Assembly: GCA_963735595.1 (NCBI GenBank)
Contig: CAVTLK010000001.1
Coordinates: forward strand, 576,001-640,000
Origin: an uncultured delta proteobacterium
GTDB taxonomy: Bacteria > Desulfobacterota > Zymogenia > Zymogenales > Zymogenaceae
Direction: 5' to 3'
Length of the DNA stretch: 64,000 bases
The notes beneath the pieces are model-generated. The model saw nothing but the letters and a program-made list of their open reading frames with translations, searched no databases and was not told the origin of the DNA. Positions within the stretch are counted from its first letter, which is position 1; each line of letters opens with the position of its first letter. The position numbers were made by a program, and so were the translations under genes. Below, one piece after another: positions 39,627 through 49,656 of the stretch.

Positions 39627-41114
39627 ATGACAAAAAACTTCACCGCCCAGCTCAATTCGATCTTCTATCCGGAGAGCGTGGCCGTAATCGGCGCCAGCAA
39701 CAGATTCGCCAAGTGGGGCTCCTTCATCATGTCCCATATGCTGTCGGGAGGGTATCAGGGTCGGGTTTACCCCATAAACCCGAAGGAAAAAGAGATATAC
39801 GGGAAAAAGGTCTACACAAGATCGGGGCCGTCCCGGAGAGGGTGGACCTTGCCGTCATCACTACGCCCGCCGAATCGATACTCGATGTTACGTCGGCAGT
39901 GTATTGAGAAAAAGGTCGGCGGCATGGTCGTCATCACCTCGGGATTTTCCGAGACCGGCGCGGACGGTAAAGTGATAGAGCGTGATCTGATTGACCTCGT
40001 TTCGTCGGCCCAAATCCCAACGGTCGGTCCCAATACCATGGGAGTGATGTGCACCCAGAAGAAACTGTTCGCCCTGGGCGCACCACTCTATCCCCGCAGG
40101 GGAGACATCTCTTTCATCTCGCAGAGCGGCAATATCGGCAATCAGATGCTCGAATGGGCCGAGGAACACGGTGTCGGGATGAGCAAGTTCGTCGGGTCCG
40201 GCAACGAAGGTATCGTTCGAAAAGACCACTATCTCGAATACCTTGCGGAGGACCCGGATACCAAGGTTATTCTCGTCTATCTCGAGGGTATTGCCGACGG
40301 CCACCGGTTCCTGGAAATCGCCGAAAAGACCTCGGTAAAGAAACCCATTATCGCCCTCAAGGGCGGGCGAACGGAGGCCGGCGGCGAGGCCGCCCGCTCG
40401 CACACCGGGTCGATGGCCGGAAACAGCGCCATCTTTACGTCCGCCTTCCGCCAGACCGGGGTCATCGAGGCGAGGAACCCCACCGACATGCTGGACTATT
40501 CCATGGCGCTGGCCAACCTGCCCCTGCCCCGGGGTAATCGGGTCGGGGTGATCACGTTCGGCGGTGGGTGGGGCGTTGTCGCCTGTGACGCGATCGTGGA
40601 ACAGGGTATGACCGTGGCAATCCTCGGACAGGATGTCATCGAGAAGCTGGATAAAGTCCTGCCGCCTTTCTGGAGCAGGAGAAATCCGGTGGACCTTGTC
40701 GGACAAATTAATCCGGAGGCATTCATCGAATCCGTAAAACTGGTAACGTCTTCACCCGACGTGGACGCGGTCGTCTGCCTGGGGATCGTCGGGGTATCCA
40801 GTATGGGCATCCGCTCATTTACCGCGTCGGCGACAGCCGCCGATCTTGACAACATCGAATACGCCGTCCGAAAGGCTCGGGACAAGCTCTTCACCATCGA
40901 GCGGGGCTTCCTCAATGAGGTCAACGACATCATGAACCAGACCCATAAGCCGGTTATCAACGTCTCTCTGTACGCCGGCGGCACCAGGGAGCGTTACCAG
41001 TCTAAAACCGGCTACTCCGAGGTGGTGTATACAACACCCGAAAAGGCGGTCGAGTCCCTCGTGGCCATGTACCATTACTACCTGCATCTCAAGGGACACG
41101 ATATGGTAGACTAG
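39627..41114 (+). CDS. ADP-forming acyl-CoA synthetase alpha subunit (compensating frameshift pair at about 39815-39900)
   Basis: PESVAVIGAS, GPNTMG, ISQSGN, AARSHTGS phospho-His, NPVD; VDLAVITTP lies in the alternate frame. Confidence 0.9.
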   Translation: MTKNFTAQLNSIFYPESVAVIGASNRFAKWGSFIMSHMLSGGYQGRVYPINPKEKEIYGKKVYTRSGPSRRGWTLPSSLRPPNRYSMLRRQCIEKKVGGMVVITSGFSETGADGKVIERDLIDLVSSAQIPTVGPNTMGVMCTQKKLFALGAPLYPRRGDISFISQSGNIGNQMLEWAEEHGVGMSKFVGSGNEGIVRKDHYLEYLAEDPDTKVILVYLEGIADGHRFLEIAEKTSVKKPIIALKGGRTEAGGEAARSHTGSMAGNSAIFTSAFRQTGVIEARNPTDMLDYSMALANLPLPRGNRVGVITFGGGWGVVACDAIVEQGMTVAILGQDVIEKLDKVLPPFWSRRNPVDLVGQINPEAFIESVKLVTSSPDVDAVVCLGIVGVSSMGIRSFTASATAADLDNIEYAVRKARDKLFTIERGFLNEVNDIMNQTHKPVINVSLYAGGTRERYQSKTGYSEVVYTTPEKAVESLVAMYHYYLHLKGHDMVD

Positions 41115-41250
41115 CCGCCGCCCTCCCACGAAAACTGTCGACGGCTTTTCACCGGTCACCGGCGGATTCGGGCGGTATCGAGCGCACCGGATATCGATTT
41201 CGCCCCGCGTACGCGGTTGCGGCTTCCGGAACGGTGCCTTTTTGACAAAT

Positions 41251-41287
41251 AAAAAAGGAAGAGGGAAATGTTCCCTCTTCCTTTTTT
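41251..41287. terminator. Bidirectional intrinsic terminator
   Basis: AAAAAAGGAAGAGGGAA-ATG-TTCCCTCTTCCTTTTTT perfect inverted repeat between convergent genes. Confidence 0.9.
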
Positions 41288-41295
41288 GCTTTAAA

Positions 41296-41371
41296 TGGTG
41301 GAGATGATGGGACTCGAACCCACGACCTCAGCGTTGCGAACGCCGCGCTCTCCCAGCTGAGCTACATCCCC
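41296..41371 (-). tRNA. tRNA-Ala(CGC)
   Basis: GGGGATGTAGCTCAG...CGGCG-TTCGCAA-CGCTG...GTTCGAGTC...TCTCCACCA; G3:U70 pair. Confidence 0.96.
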
Positions 41372-41641
41372 ACTGCTTTTTTATGTAGCACCTATCAGAT
41401 TTTTTGTCAATAGTTTGTTTTACCGCCGCACGTTTCGCGCACCGTTGCGGCAGAATTCGCCCGGACTGCTCGTAAATGGATCTAACCCGAATCGATGGAT
41501 AGGGTCATGGAACGTGTGTACCCTCTTTTTTTCGGCCCAACCCCTGCCCTTCACGCGGTTAAGCATTTCGCCCGGTGGAATGATTGCACCTGTCATATGC
41601 GGCCAGACCGTGTTGCGTTCGACGGCGCCAAGCCGAGCGTC

Positions 41642-41726
41642 TAATAACTATATCTTGATTTCCTCGAAAATAGTTATTAAAATGTACCGAAATATATTGA
41701 CTATTAATAGTTAAATGCGATATTAT
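41642..41726 (+). promoter_or_regulatory. padR promoter with palindromic candidate operators
   Basis: TAATAACTAT-18-ATAGTTATTA; ACTATTAATAGT overlapping TTGACT-18-TATTAT. Confidence 0.55.
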
Positions 41727-41779
41727 ATAGTCCAATATATCTTTTATATTATCCTAATTTAACTATCCGGGTGTGAAGA

Positions 41780-42301
41780 ATGCTTAAATTAATCCTCATG
41801 GGGCTTCTCATCAAGGGAGATAATCACGGGTATAACCTGCGTAAAATGATCGAGAAGGACCTTTCTAACCTGATCAACGTAGATAACACCTCTATCTACT
41901 ACACGCTCAATAAGATGGAAAAGGAGGGGCTGGTTACGTTTAAGATCATCTCCGATACGAAACGTCCGCAAAAGAACCTCTATTCCCTCACTGATAGGGG
42001 AAGAAAGGAATTTCGAGAACTCCTCCTTTCCAATATGAGCGACAACCGGCGCCCACTGTTAAACATCGATATTTCCCTCTATTTTATCGATATGCTCGAC
42101 AAGCAAGAGGCAATCGATAAGCTCACCGAACGATCCCGTGAGTTGAGAAAGCTGATCTTTTTTATGAAAGCACAACAGCGATCCGCCGAAACCGGAGATC
42201 CCAAGGGCAAGGAGTCCATCATTATCTCGCACAATATCAAACTGGCCGAGACCGAGCTTCTGTTCCTCAAAGATGTCGCCGAGACGATTAAAGAGAAGTA
42301 A
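41780..42301 (+). CDS. PadR family regulator
   Basis: HGYNL, SIYYTLNKMEKEGLV, YSLTDRGR. Confidence 0.93.
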   Translation: MLKLILMGLLIKGDNHGYNLRKMIEKDLSNLINVDNTSIYYTLNKMEKEGLVTFKIISDTKRPQKNLYSLTDRGRKEFRELLLSNMSDNRRPLLNIDISLYFIDMLDKQEAIDKLTERSRELRKLIFFMKAQQRSAETGDPKGKESIIISHNIKLAETELLFLKDVAETIKEK

Positions 42302-42775
42302 TCCGGATTGCCCGGAGGGTATATCTCTGCGTCGATCTCGATACCCGGAGTGCGTCTATCCGATTTATCGGAGCAAAGAGGGCACCGGCTGATCCCTGCC
42401 TCCCGCCGTGATATCTGATCCCCTCCCTTTACCGCCGCGCTTGTGCCAAACCGTCGACCTATCGTGACCGTCCCCGGGGGATACGGCGCTTCCATAACGT
42501 AATCACACCGGTCGGTCGCTGATCGCTTAATCCTGCGCCCCACCTCCCCCGTCTCTCTGCGCCGCTCCTTTCTCCCGGCTGATAGGCGGTATGCCGGAAG
42601 CCTACCCCAGCGCAGTTGACTGATTCATCCTCCCGAATAGTACCCGGTTACCTGGTGTTTTCGAGTCGGCAGTAGTAATTCGAAGGGCGACGGACCTACT
42701 ATTTTGTTGAATATTTTCCCAAAATAAGTTAAATAGTTAACTTAAAGTAGTTTGCTTCTTTACGGAGAAGACAAT

Positions 42776-44299
42776 ATGAATATCAGACAAGAGCTTAAGA
42801 AATCGGCCGAAAGGCTTCCCGGTAAGAACGGCGTTATCTACGGAGCACAAAAGATTACTTTTCCACAGCTCAAGGATAACGCCTTCAGGATCGCCTCCGC
42901 CCTGGGAAAATCGGGCGTCAAGAAGGGGGACAAAGTCCTCACCTACCTCCCCAATACCCCCGAGTTTGTGGAGATTTATCTCGGCGCGCTTTCGGCGGGT
43001 GTGATTTGCGTACCCATCGATTTCCGCATAATCGGCGATGAACTTAAACATATCATTGCCGATTCGGATGCGTCGATCATCCTGACCACCGTGGACATGG
43101 CAAAACCGATTAAGGCCGTCGGCGACCTTCCGCCTCGCGTCAAAAAGCTTGTTATCATCGGGCAGGGCGATAAATCTCCAGACACGGACTACACCGATTT
43201 CATTACCTCCGGCGAAACAAGCGAGCCGACCGTCCCTATTTCCGACGATGACGAAGCGCTCTATCTCTACACCTCCGGCAGTACCGGCAGGCCCAAGGGC
43301 GTAATCCTCCAATATCGACATCTGGACCTCTTCCCCCAGTCCCTCAACGCGATTATTCCGGAACACTGCACCGTGGATACCGTTATGGCCTGTATTCTGC
43401 CGATGAGCCACATCACCGGCCCTATCCTCGTCAACACCCAGCTCAAATACGGCAATTCGCTGGTCATCTTCGAGAGCTGGCGGCCAGACACCGTCTGGAA
43501 GGCCGTTGAACGCGAGAAGGTAAACCTCTTCAACAGCGTCCCGCCTATCAGCCAGATGCTGCTTGGCCGACCCCAAGCTCGAGCAGTATGACCTCTCCTC
43601 ACTGAAATATGTCTCGATGATGGGAATGAGCGTCCCCAAGGCCCTCATGGAGGAATACCGCAGGAGGATACCCCACCTCAAGGTCATCCAGGGCTACGGC
43701 CTCACGGAGACCTCCCCCCTGCTGACCCTCGTCCCCCTCAAGCACGCCGACGAGAAGCTCGGTTCGGTGGGAAAGGCCGTTCCGGGTGTCGAGATCAAGA
43801 TCGTCGACGAAGACGGCCGCCCCGCAAAACCCGACACACCCGGCGAGATCGTCGTGAGGGGGCCGCAGATCATGAAGGGGTACTATAAACACCCCGAAGA
43901 GACAGCCACGGTGATCAAGGACGGATGGTTCTGGACCGGCGACCTGGGCAGGATCGACTCGGACGGTTTTATCTATCATCTTGGCCGATCTAAAGAGATC
44001 ATCATCACCGGCGGTATCAATGTCTTCCCGGCGGAGGTGGAAAACGTGTTGGTTGCCCACCAGTCCGTCATGGACGCCGCCGTAGTCGGCATTCCCGATC
44101 CGAAGCGCGGCGAGGTCCTGTCGGCCTTCGTGGTCAGGCGGCCCGGCAGTCGATCGTTACCGAGAACGATATCGTAAAATACTGCAGGGAGAAGATGGCC
44201 GACTATAAGGTTCCCAAGATGGTGCGATTCATCGAGGCGCTTCCGATGGTAGGTCCGGGGAAAGTGAATAAAAAAGTCCTTATGGAATCGGCGGGTTAA
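42776..44299 (+). CDS. Long-chain fatty acid-CoA ligase family protein; frameshifts at about 43565 and 44155
   Basis: YTSGSTGRPKG, GYGLTE, TGDLG, final frame YKVPK...GPGKVNK..*. Confidence 0.9.
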
Positions 44300-44305
44300 A
44301 TTATC

Positions 44306-45256
44306 ATGTCCCGTAGTTTCAGGAAATTCGAGCGTTTCGGGTCGACGATTGTATCCCTGCCCGCGCAACTCTTTCTCTATCTGGCTTTTCGGCTCCCCGA
44401 GCCTATCCTTCGAGTTTTCGCGGAGACATTCGGGCGGCTCTTCTGGCTCCTCGGCGTTCCCTGGCGGCGGCTGTCTATGCAAAACCTCCGGCTCGTCTAT
44501 GGGGACGCACTCGCCGAAGGTGAATTGAGGAAGATTGCCAGAAAAAGCATGATCAATGTCGTTCGTATGATGGTCGAGATGACGGTATTCTTCCGCTATC
44601 CATATACTGCCGCCAAAGAAACGCCTGTCCGTGGAGAGGAATACCTTAAAGATGCGTTGCAGCAGGGAAGGCCCGTCCTTATGCTCGGCAGTCACGTGGG
44701 TAATTTTATCCTCATACTTTTCGCCCTCACGCAGCGCGGATACCCTATCCACTTCATATTTAAGCAGCCGCAGGCCAGCACATTTGGGGATTACGTTGAT
44801 AACCTCATCCGCGAGGCCAATCTCAATCCGATACACCTCAAACCCCGCAGCGAGGCGGTCAAACGTTCGCTCGGCGTCTTGAGGAATAAGGGTATCCTTT
44901 GGGTAGCGCTGGATCAGAATACGAGAGAAGGCGATGTGGGGGTACCCTTCTTCGGCGTCAAGGCCGCCACAGCCCGCGGACCCGCCGTACTGGCACTGCG
45001 GACCGGCGCCGTCGTTCTTCCCGTCTATGTCAAAAGGGATAAATGGCTCAGACACACTATCATCATCAAGGAGCCGATCGATCTCGAATACACGGGCGAC
45101 AAAGAGGATGACATCGATAAAAATCTCCGCCATTTCAATGCGATAATCGAACAGGAAGTGCTCGAAAATCCGATGGAATGGTGGTGGCTTCATGAGCGGT
45201 GGAAACGGGCCCATCGCTACGCACAGGAAACGACCTCGGAACCCGAGGCCGATTGA
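44306..45256 (+). CDS. Lipid A late-acyltransferase (LpxL/HtrB)-family lysophospholipid acyltransferase
   Basis: SHVGNF, LDQN, VPFFG, PMEWWWLHERWK. Confidence 0.88.
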   Translation: MSRSFRKFERFGSTIVSLPAQLFLYLAFRLPEPILRVFAETFGRLFWLLGVPWRRLSMQNLRLVYGDALAEGELRKIARKSMINVVRMMVEMTVFFRYPYTAAKETPVRGEEYLKDALQQGRPVLMLGSHVGNFILILFALTQRGYPIHFIFKQPQASTFGDYVDNLIREANLNPIHLKPRSEAVKRSLGVLRNKGILWVALDQNTREGDVGVPFFGVKAATARGPAVLALRTGAVVLPVYVKRDKWLRHTIIIKEPIDLEYTGDKEDDIDKNLRHFNAIIEQEVLENPMEWWWLHERWKRAHRYAQETTSEPEAD

Positions 45257-45420
45257 AGCGCCGCGTCGCCGGGTATCCGCGGCCCCGGAGGCGGTTCGCC
45301 GGCTACGAAAGCGGTTACCATACTCCGCACGCTCCGGGATCACGGACCGGCACGGGCGAATGCGCCCAAGGATACGCCGCTGTTATCAGATCGGGATTCC
45401 TCCCGATCGTTTCTTTTTTA

Positions 45421-45449
45421 TTGACAATATCGGAAAACGGCCATATTAT
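45421..45449 (+). promoter_or_regulatory. Sigma70 promoter of tRNA-Glu
   Basis: TTGACA-17 nt-TATTAT. Confidence 0.82.
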
Positions 45450-45467
45450 AGCAAAATTACTTTTCAC

Positions 45468-45543
45468 GGTCCCATCGTCTAGTGGTCTAGGATACTGGCC
45501 TCTCACGCCGGAGACACGGGTTCGAAACCCGTTGGGACTACCA
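45468..45543 (+). tRNA. tRNA-Glu(CTC)
   Basis: GGTCCCATCGTCTAGTGG...CTGGC-CTCTCAC-GCCGG...GTTCGAAAC...GGGACTACCA. Confidence 0.96.
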
Positions 45544-45609
45544 AAAACCGCCTCCTCAGGGCGGTTTTCGGCTTTTACAGAATCCCTCTTCCATAAAGAG
45601 GGTTTTTTA
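45544..45609 (+). terminator. Tandem intrinsic terminators after tRNA-Glu
   Basis: AAAACCGCC..GGCGGTTTT and CCCTCTT..AAGAGGGTTTTTT. Confidence 0.8.
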
Positions 45610-45624
45610 TTTGTATTGGAGATG

Positions 45625-45804
45625 TTATCCCGCCGTCTGTCTTTGCGGGAACGCGGACTGCTGCTGCCGATTCTGGTATCGGCGATACTGCCTCGTTATG
45701 GATATCAGAATTTTGAACTCCCGCCACTTCCTTTCTCTGCCGTGTCTTATCAGGCTTATACTCCTATTCAAGACATAATAAGAAGGAATCACGGCATCCG
45801 CCAT
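45625..45804 (-). CDS. Possible 59-aa basic small protein (not in ORF track)
   Basis: GAGGGGG before ATG; MADAVIPSYYVLNRSISLIRHGRERKWREFK...; lies between two hairpins. Confidence 0.3.
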   Translation of the reverse strand: MADAVIPSYYVLNRSISLIRHGRERKWREFKILISITRQYRRYQNRQQQSAFPQRQTAG

Positions 45805-45834
45805 AACCCCCTCAGCAAATTGTGCGGAACGAGA

Positions 45835-45862
45835 GGGGGGGAGGCAACTATTGCCTCCCCCC
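45835..45862 (-). terminator. Hairpin downstream of the ArnT-like pair
   Basis: GGGGGAGGCAA-TAG-TTGCCTCCCCC. Confidence 0.6.
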
Positions 45863-45891
45863 TTGCTGCCTCTATTTTCGTTAGCTAAAAA

Positions 45892-47562
45892 CTATTTTTC
45901 GAGTACTTCGTTGGATGTCATCACCATTTCCTTTTCCCCCACGGTAAAGGGCTTTACGGTCTTTAGCTCCGCCTTGATATCATCCGGGAGCTTTTTGAAG
46001 TCCTTGTCCCTCATGATTACAATAACCCGCCTGTCCTGCCCGTAATATTCTTTCAGTTCACCGGATTCGGAGAGGAGGTCTATATAGCGTTTGGAGTAGT
46101 AGAGGTATCCGTCCCATAGGTAGTCGCCCGAGCTGGAGTACGCGGCAAACCCGTCGTCGGGCCCGAGATAGGAGCTGATTTCCTCCGAGATCATCCGGGG
46201 CGACTTGAGGGGATTGGCGGCGTTCAGGATGGAAAGCTGGGTATAGAGCATCAGGATTCCCATAAAGACGATCAGGGTAATCGTGTAGAGGCGATTCCTT
46301 TTCGTAGTGAGGAAGAAGATCATCAGTCCCGATCCTAAAACGAAAAGCGAAACGATAGGAAGGGCGAGGGTTGTGATTCGTTTCGCGTCAAATCCGTATC
46401 CCAGCAACTCGGCGTAGACCTCGCCAAAGAGGCCCAGGGGATTTACGAGGAAGACGATCGACGCGAGCCCCGTAAGGCCCAGGGCAACGGCAATAATCCA
46501 TGCCGGAAGATCGGCCCAGAACCAGCGAAGGTTCTTTTGCTTTATCCACGACGAGACGAGCCAGCCCGTCAGGATTGCCGCCGCGGGATAAAGGGGAATG
46601 ATATAGGGCGACCGCTTGGAATCAGATAGCGAGAAGAAGATGAATATCGAAATAAGCCACGTCAGGAAAAACGATAGCTTCCCCTCCGGCAGCTGCTTTC
46701 TGGTTATAAAGGCATAGACGATCGCGCCGGGGACGAAGAGGGACCAGGGAGCGAAGTCGGACATCAGGACGCCAAAGAAATAATAAAAGGGCCTTTGGTG
46801 ATTGAACGCGTGGAAGAAGCGGATGAAGTTCTGGTTGATCACCAGTTCGTGCATGTATTCGTTTCCGGCCTGTGATTTTGCCAGGAGATACCACGGCAGG
46901 GCTATGGCAAAAAAGACAATGGGGCCCAGTATAAGCTCCATCTTGAGGAGTTTTTTAAGGTTTTTTGTGGCGACGAGGTAGGAGAGGATTACGACCGCCA
47001 CGACAACGCACCCAGCAACTCCCTTCATCAGCGTTGCCACGGCTGCGGCGGCATATCCCAACAGATAAAAGGTCCGGCTTCTTTCCTCGCGGTTCATCCC
47101 CATAAAAAAGAAAAAGAGGGAGAGGGTGATGAAAAAGCTAAAAACGATGTCGGCCTCGACCCACCGGGATTGCCACGCGATTTTAAAGGCCGTCGCCAGA
47201 ATAAGGCTGGAGAGTAGGGCGCCCTCCTCATCCATGATTCTTCGCGCAAAGAGAAAGGTCAATAGGACCAGTAGGATTCCAAAGACTGCCGAGGGGAGCC
47301 GGGCCGCCGTTTCGTTGAGGCCGCCCGTCAGCTTGGTGGACGCAATAATCAGCCAGTAGAAGGGAGCGGGCTTCATGCCCAGGGGCTCACCGTTTCTGGT
47401 TGGAAACAGATAATTATCCTTATCCATCATCTCCCGGGCCGATTCGCCAAAGTTCGGTTCATTGGGGGTCCAGAGGTCCCTCTCACCCAGGCCCGGAAGG
47501 TATAGCAATGAAGCGAAGACAATTACTATGAGAATATAGGCGTAGTTTTTCTGGATATTCAT
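45892..47562 (-). CDS. ArnT/GT83-PMT family integral membrane glycosyltransferase
   Basis: LWTPNEPNF..SAREM, KPAPFYW, ARLPSA, LMKG, PFYYF, KRSPYIIP. Confidence 0.9.
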   Translation of the reverse strand: MNIQKNYAYILIVIVFASLLYLPGLGERDLWTPNEPNFGESAREMMDKDNYLFPTRNGEPLGMKPAPFYWLIIASTKLTGGLNETAARLPSAVFGILLVLLTFLFARRIMDEEGALLSSLILATAFKIAWQSRWVEADIVFSFFITLSLFFFFMGMNREERSRTFYLLGYAAAAVATLMKGVAGCVVVAVVILSYLVATKNLKKLLKMELILGPIVFFAIALPWYLLAKSQAGNEYMHELVINQNFIRFFHAFNHQRPFYYFFGVLMSDFAPWSLFVPGAIVYAFITRKQLPEGKLSFFLTWLISIFIFFSLSDSKRSPYIIPLYPAAAILTGWLVSSWIKQKNLRWFWADLPAWIIAVALGLTGLASIVFLVNPLGLFGEVYAELLGYGFDAKRITTLALPIVSLFVLGSGLMIFFLTTKRNRLYTITLIVFMGILMLYTQLSILNAANPLKSPRMISEEISSYLGPDDGFAAYSSSGDYLWDGYLYYSKRYIDLLSESGELKEYYGQDRRVIVIMRDKDFKKLPDDIKAELKTVKPFTVGEKEMVMTSNEVLEK

Positions 47563-47643
47563 GGGCTACTCTCTATTTTCGTTCTTTAATTGAAAAGACG
47601 AGGGAAATGCCCTCCCCTTATGAAAGATTCCCCCGCGGCTCTC

Positions 47644-49344
47644 TCAGAAATAACCAAGGAATACCACCCCTCCCCTTTCGTCGAAGAAATCCGGGGCAGG
47701 CAGCGATTCCCGATACCGCTCATAATACTTCCTGGATAGAAGTATGACAACCCTTTTATCGCCGTCAGTGATGATTTTCCGTGTCTCTTCAAGGCCAAGG
47801 ATATAGTCGGAGGGATTTTCCATATACGATAGCCCTCCCGCAAGGGTGTTCCCTGTTCTTGTGAGAAAACGGACATCCGACCGGTCATAATACCACGCGA
47901 CCGCAGAGGGCAATTCCTTTTCGGAAATGAGTATGGTATCGGGAGTGATCAGCTCTTTATGGGAGATCAGAAAATCACCGGGGGCGCTTTTTTCCAGAAC
48001 GCTATCGGGAATGAGGAAGGGAGCGGTTACGAAGAAGATGACCGGGCCCAGGAGGAAAAGTGCGAGTTTTGTCTTCGCCTCCTTGCCATAGAGGGCAAAC
48101 ACCAGCAGTGATATCCAGATACCAATTGCAAGAACTGTAAAGAGGATTTTTGATAATTCCCCTCCTCCGAAGAATTTCGTGCCGATGGGGTCTATCGCTT
48201 CGTTGATGATAATCAGGAGCACGATCAGGGAAAGTAGACTGATGAGAACGAGCGTCCCGATAAAAAAGGGCTTCTCCCGTTTCATCTCCAGGGAACGAAT
48301 GGTCCCGGTTATGGTCAGGATGCTCAGGGGCACCAGGCAGGGGAGGATATAGGTCCCCAGTTTTACCGAGGAGGCCGAGAAAAACAGGAAGGGCACGACA
48401 CACCAGAGAAACAGGAAGCGAACCAGCGGGTCTTTTAGCCGGATCTCCTTAATCCCGATGTACGTACTAAAGAGAAGCACCGTCCACGGAAACCAGTCTC
48501 CCAGAAGGACGGGCAAAAAATACCAGAACGGTTGACCACCTTTGGGGCTCGACTCTGAACCTATAAATCGGTAAAGATGCTCGGTAAAGATGAAGTGATC
48601 CCAAAAGCCGACTTCCCTGGATGCGATCATTAACGCCCAGGGAGCAATAATAATGACAGCGGTAGCCAGCGGAATCCAGGGGAGCGTGAGTAGTCTTTTC
48701 GCGTTCTTTTCCCAGATCAGAAAGGGTACGATGACTATAACCGGAAGGACAAACGCCAGGAACCCCTTTGCCAGGAACGACAAGCCCAGAAAGAGCCCGA
48801 AAAGAAAGAGAAGGAATAATCGGTTCTTTAAATCTTTGCTCAGATACGCAAAAAAGAAACACACCAATCCGCCGGTAAGCAAAAGCGTAAGGAGGGCATC
48901 GAGGACACATGTCGTCCCGACGGCTATAACGAGGCCCGACGTTAAGAAGGCGCCTGCCGAGAGGAGAGCAGTTAAACGCGTCTTTGAGTACTTGCTCACG
49001 AGGAGGAAGATAAAGAGCGCGGTTATGCCCACTGCCAGGGCCGAAGGGAGGCGGACCGCAAAATTGTTCTTTCCCAAAAGGGTGATCGAAATAGTGCCGA
49101 GCCACGTACCCAGGGGCGGTTTGCTGAGGTAGGGGATCTCGTTGAGCCTCGTGACGACGTAGTCGTTCGTTACGATCATCTCCCGTGCGATTTCGGCATA
49201 ACGGGTCTCGTCCGGGAAAAGGAGGGGACGATGGCCCAGAAACGCAATATAGAGAAGGGAAAAAAGGACCAGCAGCAGGAGAATGCTTCTCGGATTGGTG
49301 AATATTTCGGGCTGTTTAAGACCGGATAACTTATCTTCTTTCAT
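47644..49344 (-). CDS. ArnT-like lipid-carrier-dependent glycosyltransferase
   Basis: PDETRYAEIAREM, KPPL, VRLPSA, LAKGF, PFWYF, KLGTYILP. Confidence 0.92.
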   Translation of the reverse strand: MKEDKLSGLKQPEIFTNPRSILLLLVLFSLLYIAFLGHRPLLFPDETRYAEIAREMIVTNDYVVTRLNEIPYLSKPPLGTWLGTISITLLGKNNFAVRLPSALAVGITALFIFLLVSKYSKTRLTALLSAGAFLTSGLVIAVGTTCVLDALLTLLLTGGLVCFFFAYLSKDLKNRLFLLFLFGLFLGLSFLAKGFLAFVLPVIVIVPFLIWEKNAKRLLTLPWIPLATAVIIIAPWALMIASREVGFWDHFIFTEHLYRFIGSESSPKGGQPFWYFLPVLLGDWFPWTVLLFSTYIGIKEIRLKDPLVRFLFLWCVVPFLFFSASSVKLGTYILPCLVPLSILTITGTIRSLEMKREKPFFIGTLVLISLLSLIVLLIIINEAIDPIGTKFFGGGELSKILFTVLAIGIWISLLVFALYGKEAKTKLALFLLGPVIFFVTAPFLIPDSVLEKSAPGDFLISHKELITPDTILISEKELPSAVAWYYDRSDVRFLTRTGNTLAGGLSYMENPSDYILGLEETRKIITDGDKRVVILLSRKYYERYRESLPAPDFFDERGGVVFLGYF

Positions 49345-49656
49345 GTGCGGCCCTTATTCTATCCAAATGAGTTGAACTTAGCTTGAAAAAGCGTATCAGT
49401 AACCGGCAAATACGATCTATGACGGTCAAGCATGTACTCCCATCTAAGAGAGTACACTATACGAAAAGTCTTTAACAATCCAGTCCATTCTACTAAAATA
49501 CTATCTGATTATCAACAAAAAGGCTGAATAGAAAGCTCACAAATCAGTTTATCTACTACAGCCGGTATTCCATGAATACATTTCTTCTCCCATTTCTATT
49601 GACAGGTGTGTTATAGTTATGTACAAAATAGCGGATTCGTTTTAAAAGGAAAAACA

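Noticed and set aside
42302..42690. Long intergenic spacer as ncRNA or gene
   Set aside because: No recognisable structure, repeat, promoter-terminator pair or credible ORF.
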